Positions 1 to 13,252 of a DNA stretch of 64,000 nucleotides are shown here, piece by piece; position 1 is the first letter of the stretch, and each line of letters opens with the position of its first letter. The translations under genes and the position numbers were made by a program. Source of the stretch: Gracilinanus agilis (Eukaryota). The stretch spans positions 728,828,827-728,892,826 of the forward strand of contig NC_058130.1 of assembly GCF_016433145.1 (NCBI RefSeq). The letters are read 5' to 3'. A model generated the notes under the pieces. That model saw only the letters and a program-made list of their open reading frames with translations, did not search any database and was not told the DNA's origin.

Positions 1-59
1 TCCTGTAACTCTACCTTTCTCGTCCTACATTCTGAAGTTGCACACAACTGCCTCTTTGG

Positions 60-900
60 GTAGGCGTGATGCGTTGGGCTGTGGACGGGATCAAGGCTTT
101 GGGGCTCCGCCAGGCCCCCGGCGGGCCCTGGAAAATGCCTGAGCGGGGTACCAAGTGAAGGGTTTAGTTATAACGAATCAGGAAGGTACTAAAGATGTGT
201 TCCAAAGCCGACTCTAATGAGCCAAGTGCTCATGGACCAGACTTGCCATATATTTCTAACATTTCCCCAAGCCAAGCCCAGGATTCCCCCCTCCTAGGCG
301 GCTCCGCCCCCTGTGCTTGAACGCAGTGAAGCTTCCGGGGTCCTGAAGGCAAGAACCCCCAGCCCGCCCCGCCCCCGCCTGCCCCTTCTGGACCAGCCCT
401 TTATCGCTTCCCCTTTAGCTGACCAGTACCCGTATGTTCTCCCCCGCCCCGCCCCTCCCTCCGAGCAGCCTGGGGACCCGGGCCAGCCCGCCCTTCTTTC
501 TGCAGCCCCAGGTGGCAGCCCCTCCCGGGTGCCTGGGGGAGGTGGGGGAGGGCTCTAAGGATTCCTGCCGGCTGCGGAGGTGCCTTTGTCCTTCCTGCCC
601 TCCCCCAGGCCTTCCGTTCTTCCCCCTGCTGCCACAGTCTGCGTCTTTACACTTGTTTGGTCGTGCCACTTCCCCCGCCTCCCCCCACCTCTTCCGGAGG
701 TCCCTGTGGCCGGGAACCCCATGCCCAGAACTCCAGGCTTTTCCCCTTCGGGCCTGCCCACCTTCCCAGCCTTGTTCCACGCTATCTCTGCAGAGGCCGC
801 TAGGGGGCGCAGCGGCGTCAGAAGACCCGGGTTCATTCCCGCCTTCTACCTGCATTTTATAGCTCTCCGCCTCAGTTTCCCCATACGTAAAATGGGGCTA
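60..900. promoter_or_regulatory. GC/CpG-rich promoter-like region (possibly upstream region of the neighbouring gene left of the window; OAZ1 by synteny)
   Basis: Clustered CpGs, several GC boxes (CCGCCC, e.g. ~302-310, 362-378, 444-455) and an ETS-like CTTCCGG at ~332. No coding exon recognised. The OAZ1 attribution rests only on human gene order. Confidence 0.4.
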
Positions 901-2387
901 AAAATCGTGCCTTCCTCTCAGGGTGCTTGTGAGGTCATCGAAAGCCTGATATATGCTCGCTCCTCCCTTCCATGCAACCCGCTCTCCACACTCGCCCCCA
1001 TACGCTGTACTCCGACCTTTGCTCTCTCCTACCTCCCACCCCCATCTGCGGGCCTGGACTAAGGGTTCCCCTCCCCGCCTTTTGGATTCTGACCTCTCAA
1101 ACGTCACCTCCTCCAGAAGGCCGTCAGTGCCCTTTTGTGCTGGTCTCCCACATTTCCTGGGGCTCCAGCCGGCCAGCGCTGCTGCTCTGAGGGGAGGAGG
1201 GAGGGGGGAGGCAGTGACTCTGCCCTCCATAGGATTTGGGGACGGACCAGGGGTGCAATGAACCCTTATTGTCCGTTGGGTGAGAGCCTAATCAAGTGAA
1301 GTGACTCGACTCTGACGTTCATGCACTAATTAGTGGGGAAAGAAAAGATCAGCCCGGAATAACCACGGGAAATGGGAAAGAAGCTTGGCTCTCGTTTTCC
1401 AGGGGTGGCCTGTGAGCTTCCTGAACCTGACCTCCAAGGGTAAGAAGGACTTCCGTTTGCAGTTGGCTCTGCCGTCCTTGCCAAGCTGGGGACCCCTAGG
1501 GCCGAAGGGGCTCTAAGAAAACTCCCTTTGGGGGCAGGAGCCTGGATGCAGCTGCAAAGGGTGGTGAAGTACTGGAAGCCCTATGGTGTGAAAGAGGGGC
1601 CAGACTTGTTCCGAATGGCCCTACTAGGAGGTTCCAGCAGAACGTAGTGAGAGCCACAGCCCTGGAGACTGGACGACTATTCCCTTGAATTCCCTTCTAC
1701 TTCAAAACAACATGGTGGATACAGAGCTTGGCTGAGGGTTCTCTCCTTCCTCCCGCACCCCTCATCCCCATTTAGTTGCCAGATCTTGTTATTCTGCCTC
1801 CCAAGACCTTTCACCTCCATCTTCTCTTCTCTCACAGAGCTGCCACCCTGGGTCATGCTTTCAGCATCTCTTACCTGGGATCCCCTGAGGAATCCATCAA
1901 AAGCTTTAGACATGCCCCTGGGACTGTCTTGTCTGTTCATAGAAGATGAGTAAATTAACCACCAGGAGCCAGACAGACCTCAGACTACAGCCTACATGCC
2001 ATTCACCATCTAGCCTCAAAAGTCCAGTCTGCACTTGCTGACCCTGTGACTATGGACAAGTCATTTCCCTCTCTGAGCTTCAGAATCCTCAGATATAAAC
2101 TGAGAGAGCTGAACTTAGGGGTTCTCAAAGCTCTGAAGTTCTGTGTTCTGGGGTTACACACCATCATCATTCTGGCATTGTGTCCAAAGGGCCTTTCAGG
2201 ATGTGACACATTCCACATAGTTCTGAGACCTTGAGGGGGAAGATTCAGGGATTATAAACTAATAGGTTTGGAACCCTTTGCAGATAAGGTATTGCTTTGT
2301 AGGCAGCTCTGCATTTGTCCTTGCATAGGGAAAGGGTCAATAAATGTTGGTTGAAAAAATGAGAGAGATATGCAGGAGCCTAGCATC

Positions 2388-3180
2388 TAATAAACCCAAA
2401 GACCCTGCTAAGGGGCTTCAATACTCTCTCGCTATTCCACAAACATTACTCCAAAATTGGGAAACTGCTCCAACAGAAACTAAGTATAGACCAGCCCTTC
2501 ACACTTAAATAAGTATCTGATCCGGACATAAAAGGTGACATCATGAATAAAGGAAGAAAGAAAATGGTCCCTTTCAGATTTCTGGATGGGACAGCCCTCA
2601 ACCAAACAATACCAAGAGAGGGTCACAGAAGAGACAATGGGCAATTTTGATAATATAAAATTTGATTAGAAAAGGAGAGTCAGATTTCTCTAAGTGTATA
2701 ATGTCCAACATACTTAGGAAACTGATTCAAAATCATTAGAATATAAACATTTCCGAGTTGGAAAATGGTAAATGAATATGAAGTTAGTTTTCAGAGGATG
2801 AAATCCAGGCTATCTCTAGCCATGTGAAAGCATGTTTTAAATCACCAATAGTGGGGGGCAGCTGGGTAGCTCAGTGGATTGAGAGCCAGACCTAGAGACA
2901 GGAGGTCCTAGGTTCAAATCTGGCCTCAGACACTTCCCAGCTGTGTGACCCTGGGCAAGTCACTTCACCCCCATTGCCCAGCCCTTACCACTCTTTTGCC
3001 TTGGAGCCAATATACAGTATTGACTCCAAGACGGAAGGTAAGGGTTTAAAAAAATTTTTTTTAAACAAACAAATAAGTAAATCACCAATAGTTAGAGAAA
3101 TGCAAATTTTAAAAAATGCAAAAAAAGAAATGCAAATAAAAAATGATGAAGAGTACAGTTTTGGAGAAACCCGAGAAGTG
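2388..3180 (+). mobile_element. Degraded LINE-1 ORF2 fragments, interrupted by a SINE
   Basis: L1-type segments 'taataaacccaaagaccc' and 'aaatcaccaatagttagagaaatgcaaatt', of the same kind as in the better-preserved L1 at 47838-49240. Confidence 0.55.
2853..3077 (+). mobile_element. Marsupial CORE-SINE (SINE1_Mdo-like) with 15-bp TSD
   Basis: tRNA-like head GGGGCAGCTGGGTAGCTCAGTGG, B-box GGTTCAAATC, core TGTGTGACCCTGGGCAAGTCACTT and A-rich tail. Perfect TSD TAAATCACCAATAGT at 2838-2852 and 3078-3092. Confidence 0.92.
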
Positions 3181-6100
3181 AGTGAAGTAAGCAGATCCAG
3201 GAGAATAATCTATACAGTAACAACATGGTAAAAGCAAACTACTTTGGAAGGCTAGAGAATTCTGACTAATACAATGACCAAACGGAAGAATTTTTATTTA
3301 AATAATAAGAAAATTAAAATAATACTAACTTTAAAAACAAATTAATAATTATTACTATATAATACTTAATAATTAAAATAATAAGAAAAGGACCTTAACA
3401 TCTCTTCTTCCCTTAGAAATAATCCTAATAAAATGAATGTTTCTTTTAAAAAAAATCCTCCCCCCCCTTAAATTTTTTTTTTTATTCAGCCTGAGTAAAG
3501 AAGGAAACAATACTATTCAACTTTCTGCCACCATTAAACAAGGGGCTTACTAAACCACTCACCACTTATACATGCTGTAAGTATGATCCAGTTCCCCTAA
3601 AGGATGAAAGAGAAAGGTATAGGAGTTCTGTGCTAAGAAATCCCATGAGGGAAGAGAGCAAAAGTGAAATGAAAAGACTTCTGCCTTTGTAGGCCTCAGG
3701 AGGAAGCGATTCTCAAATTGTCTCTTCTTGGATTGTTTTCCTGGTCAGTTGTTTTGGATAACTAACCAATTGTTTGAATTTCATTCTAATACTTTTATTT
3801 TATCCTAATATTTCTTATGGTCTTAAGGAGCCACTGAGTTCCATTTGGGTCATTCTAACTTTCTAATTTAAAGTATTCAAGGATGATTCTAATTTTGGTC
3901 CATTCTAAGTCTTTGGGGAGTCTGCTGTTTGAGTTAAGATTTTTTACCTTCTGATTCTAAGTGATTTATTCTCCTTTTAGTTTTTTCCCCCATTGCTATT
4001 AGTTCACTTATAATTTCCTTTTAAAAAAATCTCTTGCTTCATTTCTTCTAGATACTCTTGTAGACCTCATGACCAAGCCATTTCCCCCCACCCCCCCTTG
4101 AAGCCATGTGTATAGTTGTTATGGAGTTAATCTTTTTTTATGGGCTAATTTCATGGATGTCTTTTGATTCATATTATTCCTTGATGGTATTTGGTGTATT
4201 TTTCTATGTATTTCTGTCGACCTCAGTCCCTCATTTGGGACTTGATTCCAGGACCCTTCCAAACTCTTGAATGGGGTGGTAGGGCCTTATTTGATCCTGA
4301 CCTCATTTCCTGGAACATTCCCACTGGTTTACAACTCCCTAGTTGTATTGGGCTTCAGATTCCTGACCAGCTTCTGTGATCCCAGTCATAGTTCCACAAC
4401 TTTCTGGTCCCTGCTGCTGCAGGCATCTGGTCTCTGGAAGTATCCCCATGCTAGGTTCTGCTTTGAGCTCCTGTCCTCCTGGAAGCTCCCACAATCAGGG
4501 GGATGCTGAGGTTTTTCATGCCCCCCACCCTACCCCAGGGTCCCCCATTACAGGTTCCTTGCCTGGTCGTCAGAACTCATTCTGGTTTCCCCAGTGAAAA
4601 TCTTTTTTCCAAGACCCATGACTTTTTGACTCTGAAGGAACTTATTGCTTTGGATTTCCTGATTGTTATTTGATCTGATGCCCTTCTGAGATCACCGCTG
4701 GAGTGTGTGTGGGAAGGCTATGTGCCTCCCTGACATTCCACACTGCCATTTTCATGGAAGTCCTTTGGTGTCCCTTCTGGGCTAAGGGTCAGTGCTGGTA
4801 ACTGGCAGAGGCCTACTTGCTGTGCTGTCATGATTCTTCAGATAGTTTCCCAAAATTAGTAGTTCTGTAGCATCAAAAGGAGAATATTTATCTTAAAAAG
4901 ATGAACTTTTGTGGTAGTGGACAGCTGGAGACTGGAAATATCAAAGATTATTTCCCAAGTCTGCCCTACCCAGTCTTCATTTGTATAAAGCACTGAGAAT
5001 ACAAAGAGAAAAAACAAGATATGTCTGCCTTCAGAGAGGTTATATGCTAGAGGAGGGTGTAACATATAACACGTAAGCATGCACAAGATTGTTTTAGGAG
5101 GGGAAGCACACAAACAGCTAAAGGAAATTACAAAAGGTTTCCAGGAGCAGGGTATTCCCGGAGTGAACCTGGAAAAGGCTGAGGGGTTCCAGGGAGGGCA
5201 CCCTAGACATGGAAGATTGTTCATGCAAGGGTGTGGAGATGGGAAATAGAAAGTCAAGATTGAAGAACAGCAAAATGAGCCCGTTTAACAGCAATGGAGA
5301 GTGTGCAAGGGGAGTAATGGGAAATAAATCTGGGTCAGCAGCTAGAGCCAGACTGTCAGCAGGAGCATGGGGACTTTATCCTAGAGAGGAAGACTGCTTG
5401 AACAGGGGAGTGACTGGGTCAGGCCCATGTTCTTGAAAGATTGACAGCTGAAAAGAAGAGGAATTGCTCCAGCCAAGGCTTCTCTCCCACAATGCCCAAC
5501 TCATACTTATTCCTGAATATTCTGAGAGAGACAGACTGGAAGAGAAAGGCAAGAGAGGAGAAATAGAAGGAGGAGAAGAAGAGAGAGCAAGAGATGCAGA
5601 AATATGACAAGAGAAGTAGAGAAAGAGGAGGGGAAGAAAGGAGAAAGGAAGATTGCATTCCTAAGGGTGATGCTCCCCAGTCATCCTTTCTACTTTTTCT
5701 CCTCCATTGCCTGGTGACCATAGAGGCCAGCTAGGCTTAGAGGTTTAGTCTGTGGCAAAGCTAACTGATCTGTTGGGCAATCAGCCCAAGGTGCCTACTA
5801 GTGCCTTTTGTGGAGGAATCTTTGTGGAAATGGGCCTGGCCTGGCCCAGTAGGGGCCATCATTGCTATTTCTGAAGCATTTTAAGGCTTACAAGGCATTT
5901 TCTCCTCAGTCACCCAGGGAAGTAGGTACAAGTGTGATTATTATCCTTAATTCAATTTCAGAAACATAAGGACAAGGCCCTGGACTAATGAGCCTAACAA
6001 AAGGAAGCTCCAGAAAGCTCAAAGAGACCTTTTGATTCCAAATCCAGTATCATTCCTATTTTACCATGCCTCTTCTCCCACATTTCTCTGGGACCTGTGA

Positions 6101-6530
6101 TCTGGGCCTCAGCTTTCCCATCTGTGATAGGAGAGAACCGCATTAGGCAGCCTCTCAGTTTCTGCCCACTACAATATTCTGTGGCTTATGTTCTACTGAA
6201 TTTTTTAAGCAAATGTAAATTGTTATTATTATTAAATTGGGGGTAGCCTCCAGCAAATTCCTCCTCCAGTGTTCCCTCCATCCCCCAAGGCACAAAGGAA
6301 ACCTTCAGAGGCCATTATGGAGTCCAGGATTATCTGGTCCTCCTCCTTGCAAAGTCTTTGAGTGTGGGCCCAGGGATGGCCTGTAGGTGTGACAGAAGCT
6401 GAAAATCAGACTCAGGGAATTCCCCAGCCCTACAAACCCCGTGCTGACATGTAGCAGCTAGGATGGGAAGTTATGGGCTTGACTGGGCCCCGCAGGCCTC
6501 CCTCTGCCTATTGCCTGGCACTCGGCCCCT

Positions 6531-6740
6531 CATTCCTCTCCACTGACACTCCCTTGGCCAGTTGGACAGAGAAGGAGATAAGCTAGTGTCTTTCCTCCAG
6601 CCTAAGACAGCTGCCTCCTCGTCAGAGGACCTGAGGGACCCTGATGTCAGTCTCTTCACTCCCCCTCCCAGGGGGAGCACTGTGCTTGCCGTGGCCTGCG
6701 GGGATTGGTTAGGATTTGTCCCAGCTGAGGTGACCATCTG
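6531..6740 (+). promoter_or_regulatory. Candidate striated-muscle promoter/enhancer of JSRP1
   Basis: MCAT CATTCCT 6531-6537; E-boxes CAGTTG 6559, CAGCTG 6608, CAGCTG 6722, CATCTG 6735; AGATAA 6576. Lies just upstream of a strong donor at 6836. The function is inferred. Confidence 0.4.
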
Positions 6741-6768
6741 TTGCTGTCCTTAACCAGTCCTGCCCTAG

Positions 6769-6836
6769 GAGCAGACTGAGAAGAGAGGCTCACCCCCAAG
6801 GCTAGCTTCTGGACCACCGGCACCCATTGCCCCCAG
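6769..6836 (+). other. JSRP1: Candidate 5' non-coding exon of JSRP1
   Basis: Strong donor CCCAG|GTAAGG at 6836/6837 and a possible acceptor ccctag at 6768. The 5' boundary is uncertain. Confidence 0.4.
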
Positions 6837-9318
6837 GTAAGGGTGGGCCTTTGCTGCTTTCTGAGCCTCCAAACTCCCTCTGGGAAAATGTGGGCATATG
6901 TGTTCCTTTCACCCCCATGGAGCCCCTGGTTCTGGTGGTTTGGACATGCCCAGGCTTGGCTGGGCTTCATGCCGTCTAGACCCTACAACTCCAATGGACA
7001 GATTTGGGGTTATTTCAGAAGATGCAGCACTGAGAAGCTTGCGTTTCCAGTCCTCCTCATTGTCTTATTGGAAGTTTCAGGTTAAAAGGATCCTATCCCT
7101 GCTTGTGGATGGGGGGGGGGGGGGGGAGGAATCCTTCCAGGTGTCCCCTCTTTCAAAACTGATTCACCTGGTCAGGGCAGGGGCACCAGGAAGGAAGTTC
7201 TGGGAGAGTCTTCCCTTTTCCCTTAAGGCATTGCCTGAAAGGAAGCGGTAGGGATTATTATCTCCAGAGTGTCTATAGTAAAGGCTCTGTCAGGTTCTGG
7301 TCCCAGATGTGCTGCTGACTCACTGTTTGGCCTCTGGTAAGCCCCTCATGCTCTCTGGGCCTCAATCCCCTTCTCAGTAAAACCAAGGGATTGGGTTATT
7401 TTATCTCCAAAATCCCTTCTAGCTCTGACACTGGGTGAACTCTTGGTTGTCCTGGGAAGGAGGGGACCTGGCATCTTTCCTTGGCTCTGCTATTGATTTA
7501 TTGTTTGACTTTTGGTAAGTCTATTCCCTGGGACTCAGTTTTCTTACCTGTAAAATGTGTAGGTGACTCCTGAGGTAGTTGTTCAATCATGTCCCTTTCA
7601 GCTTTTGACATCCTCTCTCCTAAGGTCCCTCTGGGCTACTAGGATTGAATCCCCAAGTTAGATTAACCCAGTTTTCTAGACAGCATTTCTGGGCAGAGTT
7701 CCTAAGACCTCAGGATTTACAGTTGAATGGAATCTAAAAAATCATCTTGTTCCACCTCCTCATTGACAGAAGAGAAAAGACAAGTTAAGTGACTTGCCCA
7801 AGGTCACACAATTAGTGGGTCCATGTTAGGGGTGAGACTCAAGTCCCCCTGTCTGTAGCCAGTATATTTTCCCTCTCAAGTCAGGCCAGTGTGGGGGTTA
7901 TTTCCATGAGTTTTCTTCTCAGCCCTTTCCCCACCACCCATTTCCCACCATCCCCAAGGTAGGCAGGTTCCTGAACTAGGCCAGGAAGAGCCACTTTAAC
8001 AAGCAGAATTATCAGACAGTGAAGGCTATGGAGTGAGTTCTCTATCACTAGAGGCGTTAGACCGGGACAGAGAAGTGCTTGTCTGGAAGGCTGTAAGGGA
8101 GATTCATTCTTTAGGGAAGAGTCACTTTCGACAACCCCAGTGGCCCCTTCCAGCATGAACATGCTCCCCGTCTTTTCACTTTAACCAAGATTAAGACAAT
8201 TAAGGCTCCTTCCCCACCTCAGGGCACCTGCCAGGGTCTCTCCCCCCTTCCTTCTCCCTGGTAAAGGGGAGCAACTGATAGACATGAGGCAACCTGGCCC
8301 CTTACCCTGCACCCTTGGGTTGCCTCTAGTGTCTATCAGTTGCTCCCCTTTACCAGGGAGAAGGAAGGGGGGAGAGACCCTGGCAGGTGCCCTGAGGTGG
8401 GGAAGGAGCCTTAATTTCAGGGCCCAGGAGGAAGCCAAGGGAGGAAATGAGTGAAACTATGAAGGTGGACAAGGGCTCAAGAAGGATTCAGTCTCCCACT
8501 GTGTGTGTGTAGGGAGAATGGGGGGGGGGGGAGGCATAAGGGGAGGACCACAGGGGGCTCTCAACACCGAGAGGTAAGGTAGAGCTCGCAGAGGAGCAGC
8601 TCAGAGACCCCCACATGGCAGGCCCAGAAAGGGACTTTGGAGCCTGGGACCCAGAATGTTGGCATGGAACATCTCCAAGGTCATCTGGTTGAGCTCCTCA
8701 TTTTACAGAGGCACAAACAGGCCCAGAAGAGGGAAGTCCCTGGCCTCAATCACAAGGTGGGGATGCAGGCTAGGGCCTGGGCTCTTCTCGCTCCTTCCTG
8801 TGGCTTCTCACCTCCACAGATGGGGAGGGAACTTGCCCCAGTTCCTAGGAGAACCTTTTCTAGAGCTCTTATCCTGTAGTTAATCTCAGCTCTTTTCTTC
8901 TTTCCTTTTGCTTGGCTTACCTCTGGAATCTCAGGAAAGATCAATAATAATGATGATAAAAACAATATTTATATAGCATCAAAGTTGACTGAGTACTTTC
9001 CTTACATTTTGGGGGTTGATCCCTAACAACTAGAAGTGCCATCATTACAATACCCACTTCAGAGCTAAGGAAACCGAGGTTAAGTGACTTGTCCAAGGTC
9101 ACCTAGCTACAAAAAGCAGAATTCCTGGCCCTTTAGCCATCATTCTACCTAGTTGCTCCCAGTTTGGTGCCACCTCAGCACTGCCCCCAGTAATGTCCGT
9201 CTTGGGGCAGCCAGTAGGAGACTTCAGATGGTGTCTGGAGCTGTGAGGCCACAGAGGGGTCAGTATCCCACGCTTAGATGGCTCCCCATATTTTCTTTAA
9301 TTCTAATTAAGAAGAGGA

Positions 9319-9525
9319 GGGGAGTTGTATCTGGGTGGCTCAGTGGATGGAGAGTCAGGTTTAGAGGTCCTGGATCCAAATCTGGCCTCATCTACTTCCT
9401 AGCAGTGTGACCCTGGGCAAGTCACTTCACCCCCATTGCCTAGCCCTTACCACTCTTCTGCCTTAGAACCAATACCTAGTACTGATTCTAAGACAGAAGG
9501 TAAGGGTTTGAAAACAAAAATAAAA
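9319..9525 (+). mobile_element. Marsupial CORE-SINE
   Basis: Head/core/tail similar to the 2853 copy (GTGACCCTGGGCAAGTCACTT...GAAGGTAAGGGTTT). Confidence 0.85.
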
Positions 9526-9679
9526 ACAACACCCCCCCCCCCAACCCATGCTTATTTTAAATACACTCAAGTGTTCCCTGTTTACAGCCAACTTTCCTTT
9601 CAGGAAAAGGTCTACGTGAGAAGCGTGTGATGCCCCTCTGAGCCACAAATTCCTGCTTTTTGAGGAGCCTGGCCTCAAC

Positions 9680-9797
9680 ATGGCAACAGGAGACCTTGAA
9701 GTGCCAGACAGGGGTCTGGGCTGCCCCGAGGCCATGGAGGAGCTGGCCATGTTGATGGAGAAATCAAGGAAACAGTTACAGGAGGAGAAGGCCAGAG
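9680..9797 (+). CDS. JSRP1: JSRP1 (JP-45) coding exon 1 of 6; full model join(9680-9797,13253-13299,15120-15237,15447-15623,15988-16082,16376-16894) = 1074 nt, 357 aa
   Basis: ATG in CAACATGG context. MATGDLEVPDRGLGCPEAMEELAMLMEKSRKQLQEEKAR resembles the mammalian JSRP1 N-terminus (MTTRAWEELDGGLGSCQALED...QEDRAS). Phase-1 donor AGAG|GTACCT. Too short to appear in the ORF track. Confidence 0.75.
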
Positions 9798-11339
9798 GTA
9801 CCTAGATACTTGGAATATTTCATATTGGTGAACAGCTGTTACTTTGTATAAAAGTAATTTTCCTGAAAAGTTTGTTAGTGAAGCCATATTCTGAGCTCTC
9901 TGCTAAGTGGAATTCTGCCACAATCTTTTCTTAAATCAGAGATGCTGTAATCATCTCCTCCATGACAGTTTTCCTACACCTGCTTCTTCATGTAGAATCT
10001 TGAACCTTTAGGATAACAGAACTGAGGGTGGAATTGGAAAGGACCTTAGAAGCCATCTAGTTCAGCAATCTGTCACTTTTCTTTTTTCATTTTATGGGCT
10101 TGTTTAATGCCTTAATTAAAGTGATAAGAGGTTTATATTTTCCTCCACTTATCACTAACATTGTTGTTCTGAATTAGGATTTCCCCCGACTCTTCCTCTT
10201 AAACACAGTATTTTGTCTTTTCAGTTACTTTAGTTTAATCTGTTTTTAAAGCAGCTTCATTCCTATCAGTTTCTTCCCCTCATCCACAAGGCCCATCCTT
10301 CCTCCTCCAGTTGTTACCCCTTTCCTTAGTTTTAGAGTTTTGCTTATCTTATTAGTTCCTTTTTCTTTCTTCCTTTTATTGTTACTTAATTTTTCCCTCC
10401 CCCTTAGTTAAGTAGTCAAGAAAAACCCTTCTGCCTATTTCAACTTGTCTTGTTCATTAATTTTCATTTTCTGTGCCTTTTTATGAAAAAGATTTCTCTC
10501 CTTCATTTTCTGCATTATTTATCTTGCCTAGTATTCTTTGATTCATCCCAAAGCTCTTTTATTTACTAGATCTTTAGTCTCTAAAGTTCTCATGGATTTA
10601 AAGATTCCAAACATACCTATTTGTTCTCTTCTAGACGATTTCTATGGGTCTCTCCTTTCCCTATTGTGTTTCACTCTAGAAATACCAACTCCTTCAGGTG
10701 TTAGAGACAATGGTAGAAATTTTCTCCTGTCCCTGAATGTGTAGTTCATTATTAAGCTTCACCTTTTTTTTTTTTTTTTGCCCTTTCCAGTTGCTGTGAA
10801 ATCTCCACTCTAGGTCCATGCCTTCCTACTTTGGGGTATCAGTGATGCCCTTTCTCCTAAGGCAGGATACATGCTGTTTAAGTACTTGCAGTTTAAGAGT
10901 CTGCAGATTAAATACAGATCATACCCATTTTTAAGATCCCTGTATAGACAGACTCTCTCTTCCTCCATGATGGGCTTCATCACTGGTACCCTATCCCCCT
11001 CCTGAAACAAGATTCTCCCTTTTTTTCTCTGTTTTGATCCTTCCCTTTTCCCTCTTACCCATTCACCTGTAGATTGTCCAGATTATTTCCCCTTCATTGT
11101 TAACCTTTGATCAGTGTATTTCACATGTTCTCTCTCTTATTACTCCCCTCTCCCCTTTTAGGCCTGCTCCCATTCTAAACGTAAGCCCACAAAAATGGTG
11201 ATTCACCTGTAGGCAGGGCATTGGGAAGTTTAGTCTGTAATGTTTTAGACCTGTTTCTCCACCATCACTTCTTTCTGACTACTGCTTTCAGCCTCGTTTC
11301 TTCTCGTACTTTTAGGAAGAAATCTCTTTCTATTGGCCT

Positions 11340-12300
11340 CAGTTGCAGTATTTGTTGACCTTCCTTGTGGTTCTGTCATCTGGAGTTTTTTGAAGAGCAA
11401 GTCATTTGTTCAGATCTGGTTTTCTCTGTAGGAGAGCTTCAAATGTCTTTTTTTTTTTTTAATTGAACACATTTCTTTCTTTTTTTTTTTTTTTAAATTA
11501 ATGGTTAGGCTTAGGTATGTTGTTCTGGGTTGCATCCTGAGCTCCTTTGCCCTTCAGAGCACATTATTCCATTCCCTCTTGAGGTTTCTGGTGGGTACCA
11601 AAGTCTTGTGTATTTCAGATTTCCTTTCCTTTATATTTGAAAGCCTTTCTCCTGATTGCTCGCAGAATATGTCATTTCTCAGTGGTTGTTAAATTTAACG
11701 ACTATGAGTCACGCACTCTGTAGCATGGTTTTTGTTTTGGTTTGTTCTTTTTCCTGTAGATGATCTGTAAATTCTTTCAATGGGTGTACTGTGTTTTCTC
11801 TGGGCAGTTTTCACGTATTATTTTTTTCCTGCATCAAAGCATTCAGGGTTTTTGTTGTTGTTGCTGTTTTAACTTGTGTTCTTCTGGGCTATCTCAGATC
11901 CCTTAAGAGATCTTTGTCTCTTTGCATCTTGTCTTTGAGGTTGGTACATTTGGCTTGTATGGAGATCATGTTTCCTTTTAATGTTCTTCCTTTTTTGCCT
12001 TTCTTCTTCGTGATTGTCCTTGGCTTCTGCTTCTTTGCGTTCCCAATCTGTTATTCTCTCTCGTGTTTCTTTGGTATGACTACAGATTCAAGGTTTTCTA
12101 TTCTGCCACTTATTTCTTCTGTGCCAGCCATAGATTCAGCTTTCATAGTTCTTGTTTCTCTTTTAAACCATTTGGGAACATCCTGGTGGGGTTCCATGCT
12201 TTCTTGGAAAGACACACTGTCCCATCGTGTATCTATATATTTTCCTTTGTTTTGCAATATTTTTTTCACATATGCCTGATCTCTTTTACCTGGTCTGGAG
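11340..12300 (-). mobile_element. Old LINE-1 ORF1-region fragment (antisense, in a JSRP1 intron)
   Basis: The minus strand gives TFEALLQRKPDLNK*LALQ near 11390-11445, resembling the L1 ORF1p C-terminus. A/G-rich coiled-coil-like remnant ORF at 12051-12305. Boundaries approximate. Confidence 0.55.
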
Positions 12301-13252
12301 GCCATATTCCTTTTCTTTTATTAATTTTTTTCCTCTATTGGTTTGTCTACTTATGCTCAAGATCTTTCATTGAATTTTCTCCCACCTGAGATCTTTGGTC
12401 ATTTTAGCCTTTTTCCTAAATATTCCTCAGTTACTCACTTTCTGACTCCTTTTCCTTTGTGTTTTGCCTGGAGGTTGGACCTCAAAGCCATCTCTGTCCC
12501 AGTCATTCTTGTTAATTCACGTTTCACCAGGCTCAGCCTCTGCTTCAGTCTCTGTCTGACTTCTGGGGGGACAGAACTGGCCCCAATTGGATTTTGGGCT
12601 CTGCTTCAGGCAGGCCTGGGGGATCTACACCTACTCTGGCATCCTGTCCCCAATCTCTGTTCATCTGTTCTCTGGGTATTGTTGCAGGCCCAGGCAGAGT
12701 GAGTGTCTGCCTTTTGGTTTTCTGAGGTAGGGAAGGTAGGTGGGAAGGGACTGGGGGTGTGTGGAGAAGGATGGGGTAGAGCTGAAGCCCCTGGGGCTCC
12801 TTGTGGGCAGAGGGGCGCCTGAGGGCTCACAGCGTAGCCCTCTCTGATGTTAGTTCACTGGGTTTTTACCTTGATAGGGTTCATAATGTCCTACTATGGG
12901 AGCAGCTGGAATTGATTTGTCTCCTGGGTGATAGTTCCTATTTTAGAGGGGTTGGAGAAGTTGCAGGGTTCAGAGGCCTCCATCTTGTGGTTACTGCACA
13001 CTGGCCTCCACTTGAACCATCTGGCCACAGAGGGCTTGGCATTCAAGGCCCAGATTCATTCGAGCCTTTCATCTCACTTCTCTTTGTCCCTGGCTTCAGG
13101 CCCTTGTGGAATTTTGTTGGTCCTTGAACTATGAATGGAGAAAAAGGAGAGGATGGGGCAGGGAGCAGAGGCGTGCAGGCTGCTCAGGGCCGCATTCTAG
13201 CCTCGCTCCTTGCCTCCTTGCCTCCATGTACCCAGCTCTGTGTCTCCCCTAG

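Noticed and set aside
1-1300. OAZ1 coding sequence and its +1 frameshift site, expected nearby by synteny
   Set aside because: No OAZ1-like reading frame or TCC-TGA frameshift context found on either strand in the window.
7109-7128. Long G homopolymer runs (also ~8519-8531 and ~31449-31462)
   Set aside because: Simple mononucleotide tracts of uncertain length in the assembly, with no further structure.
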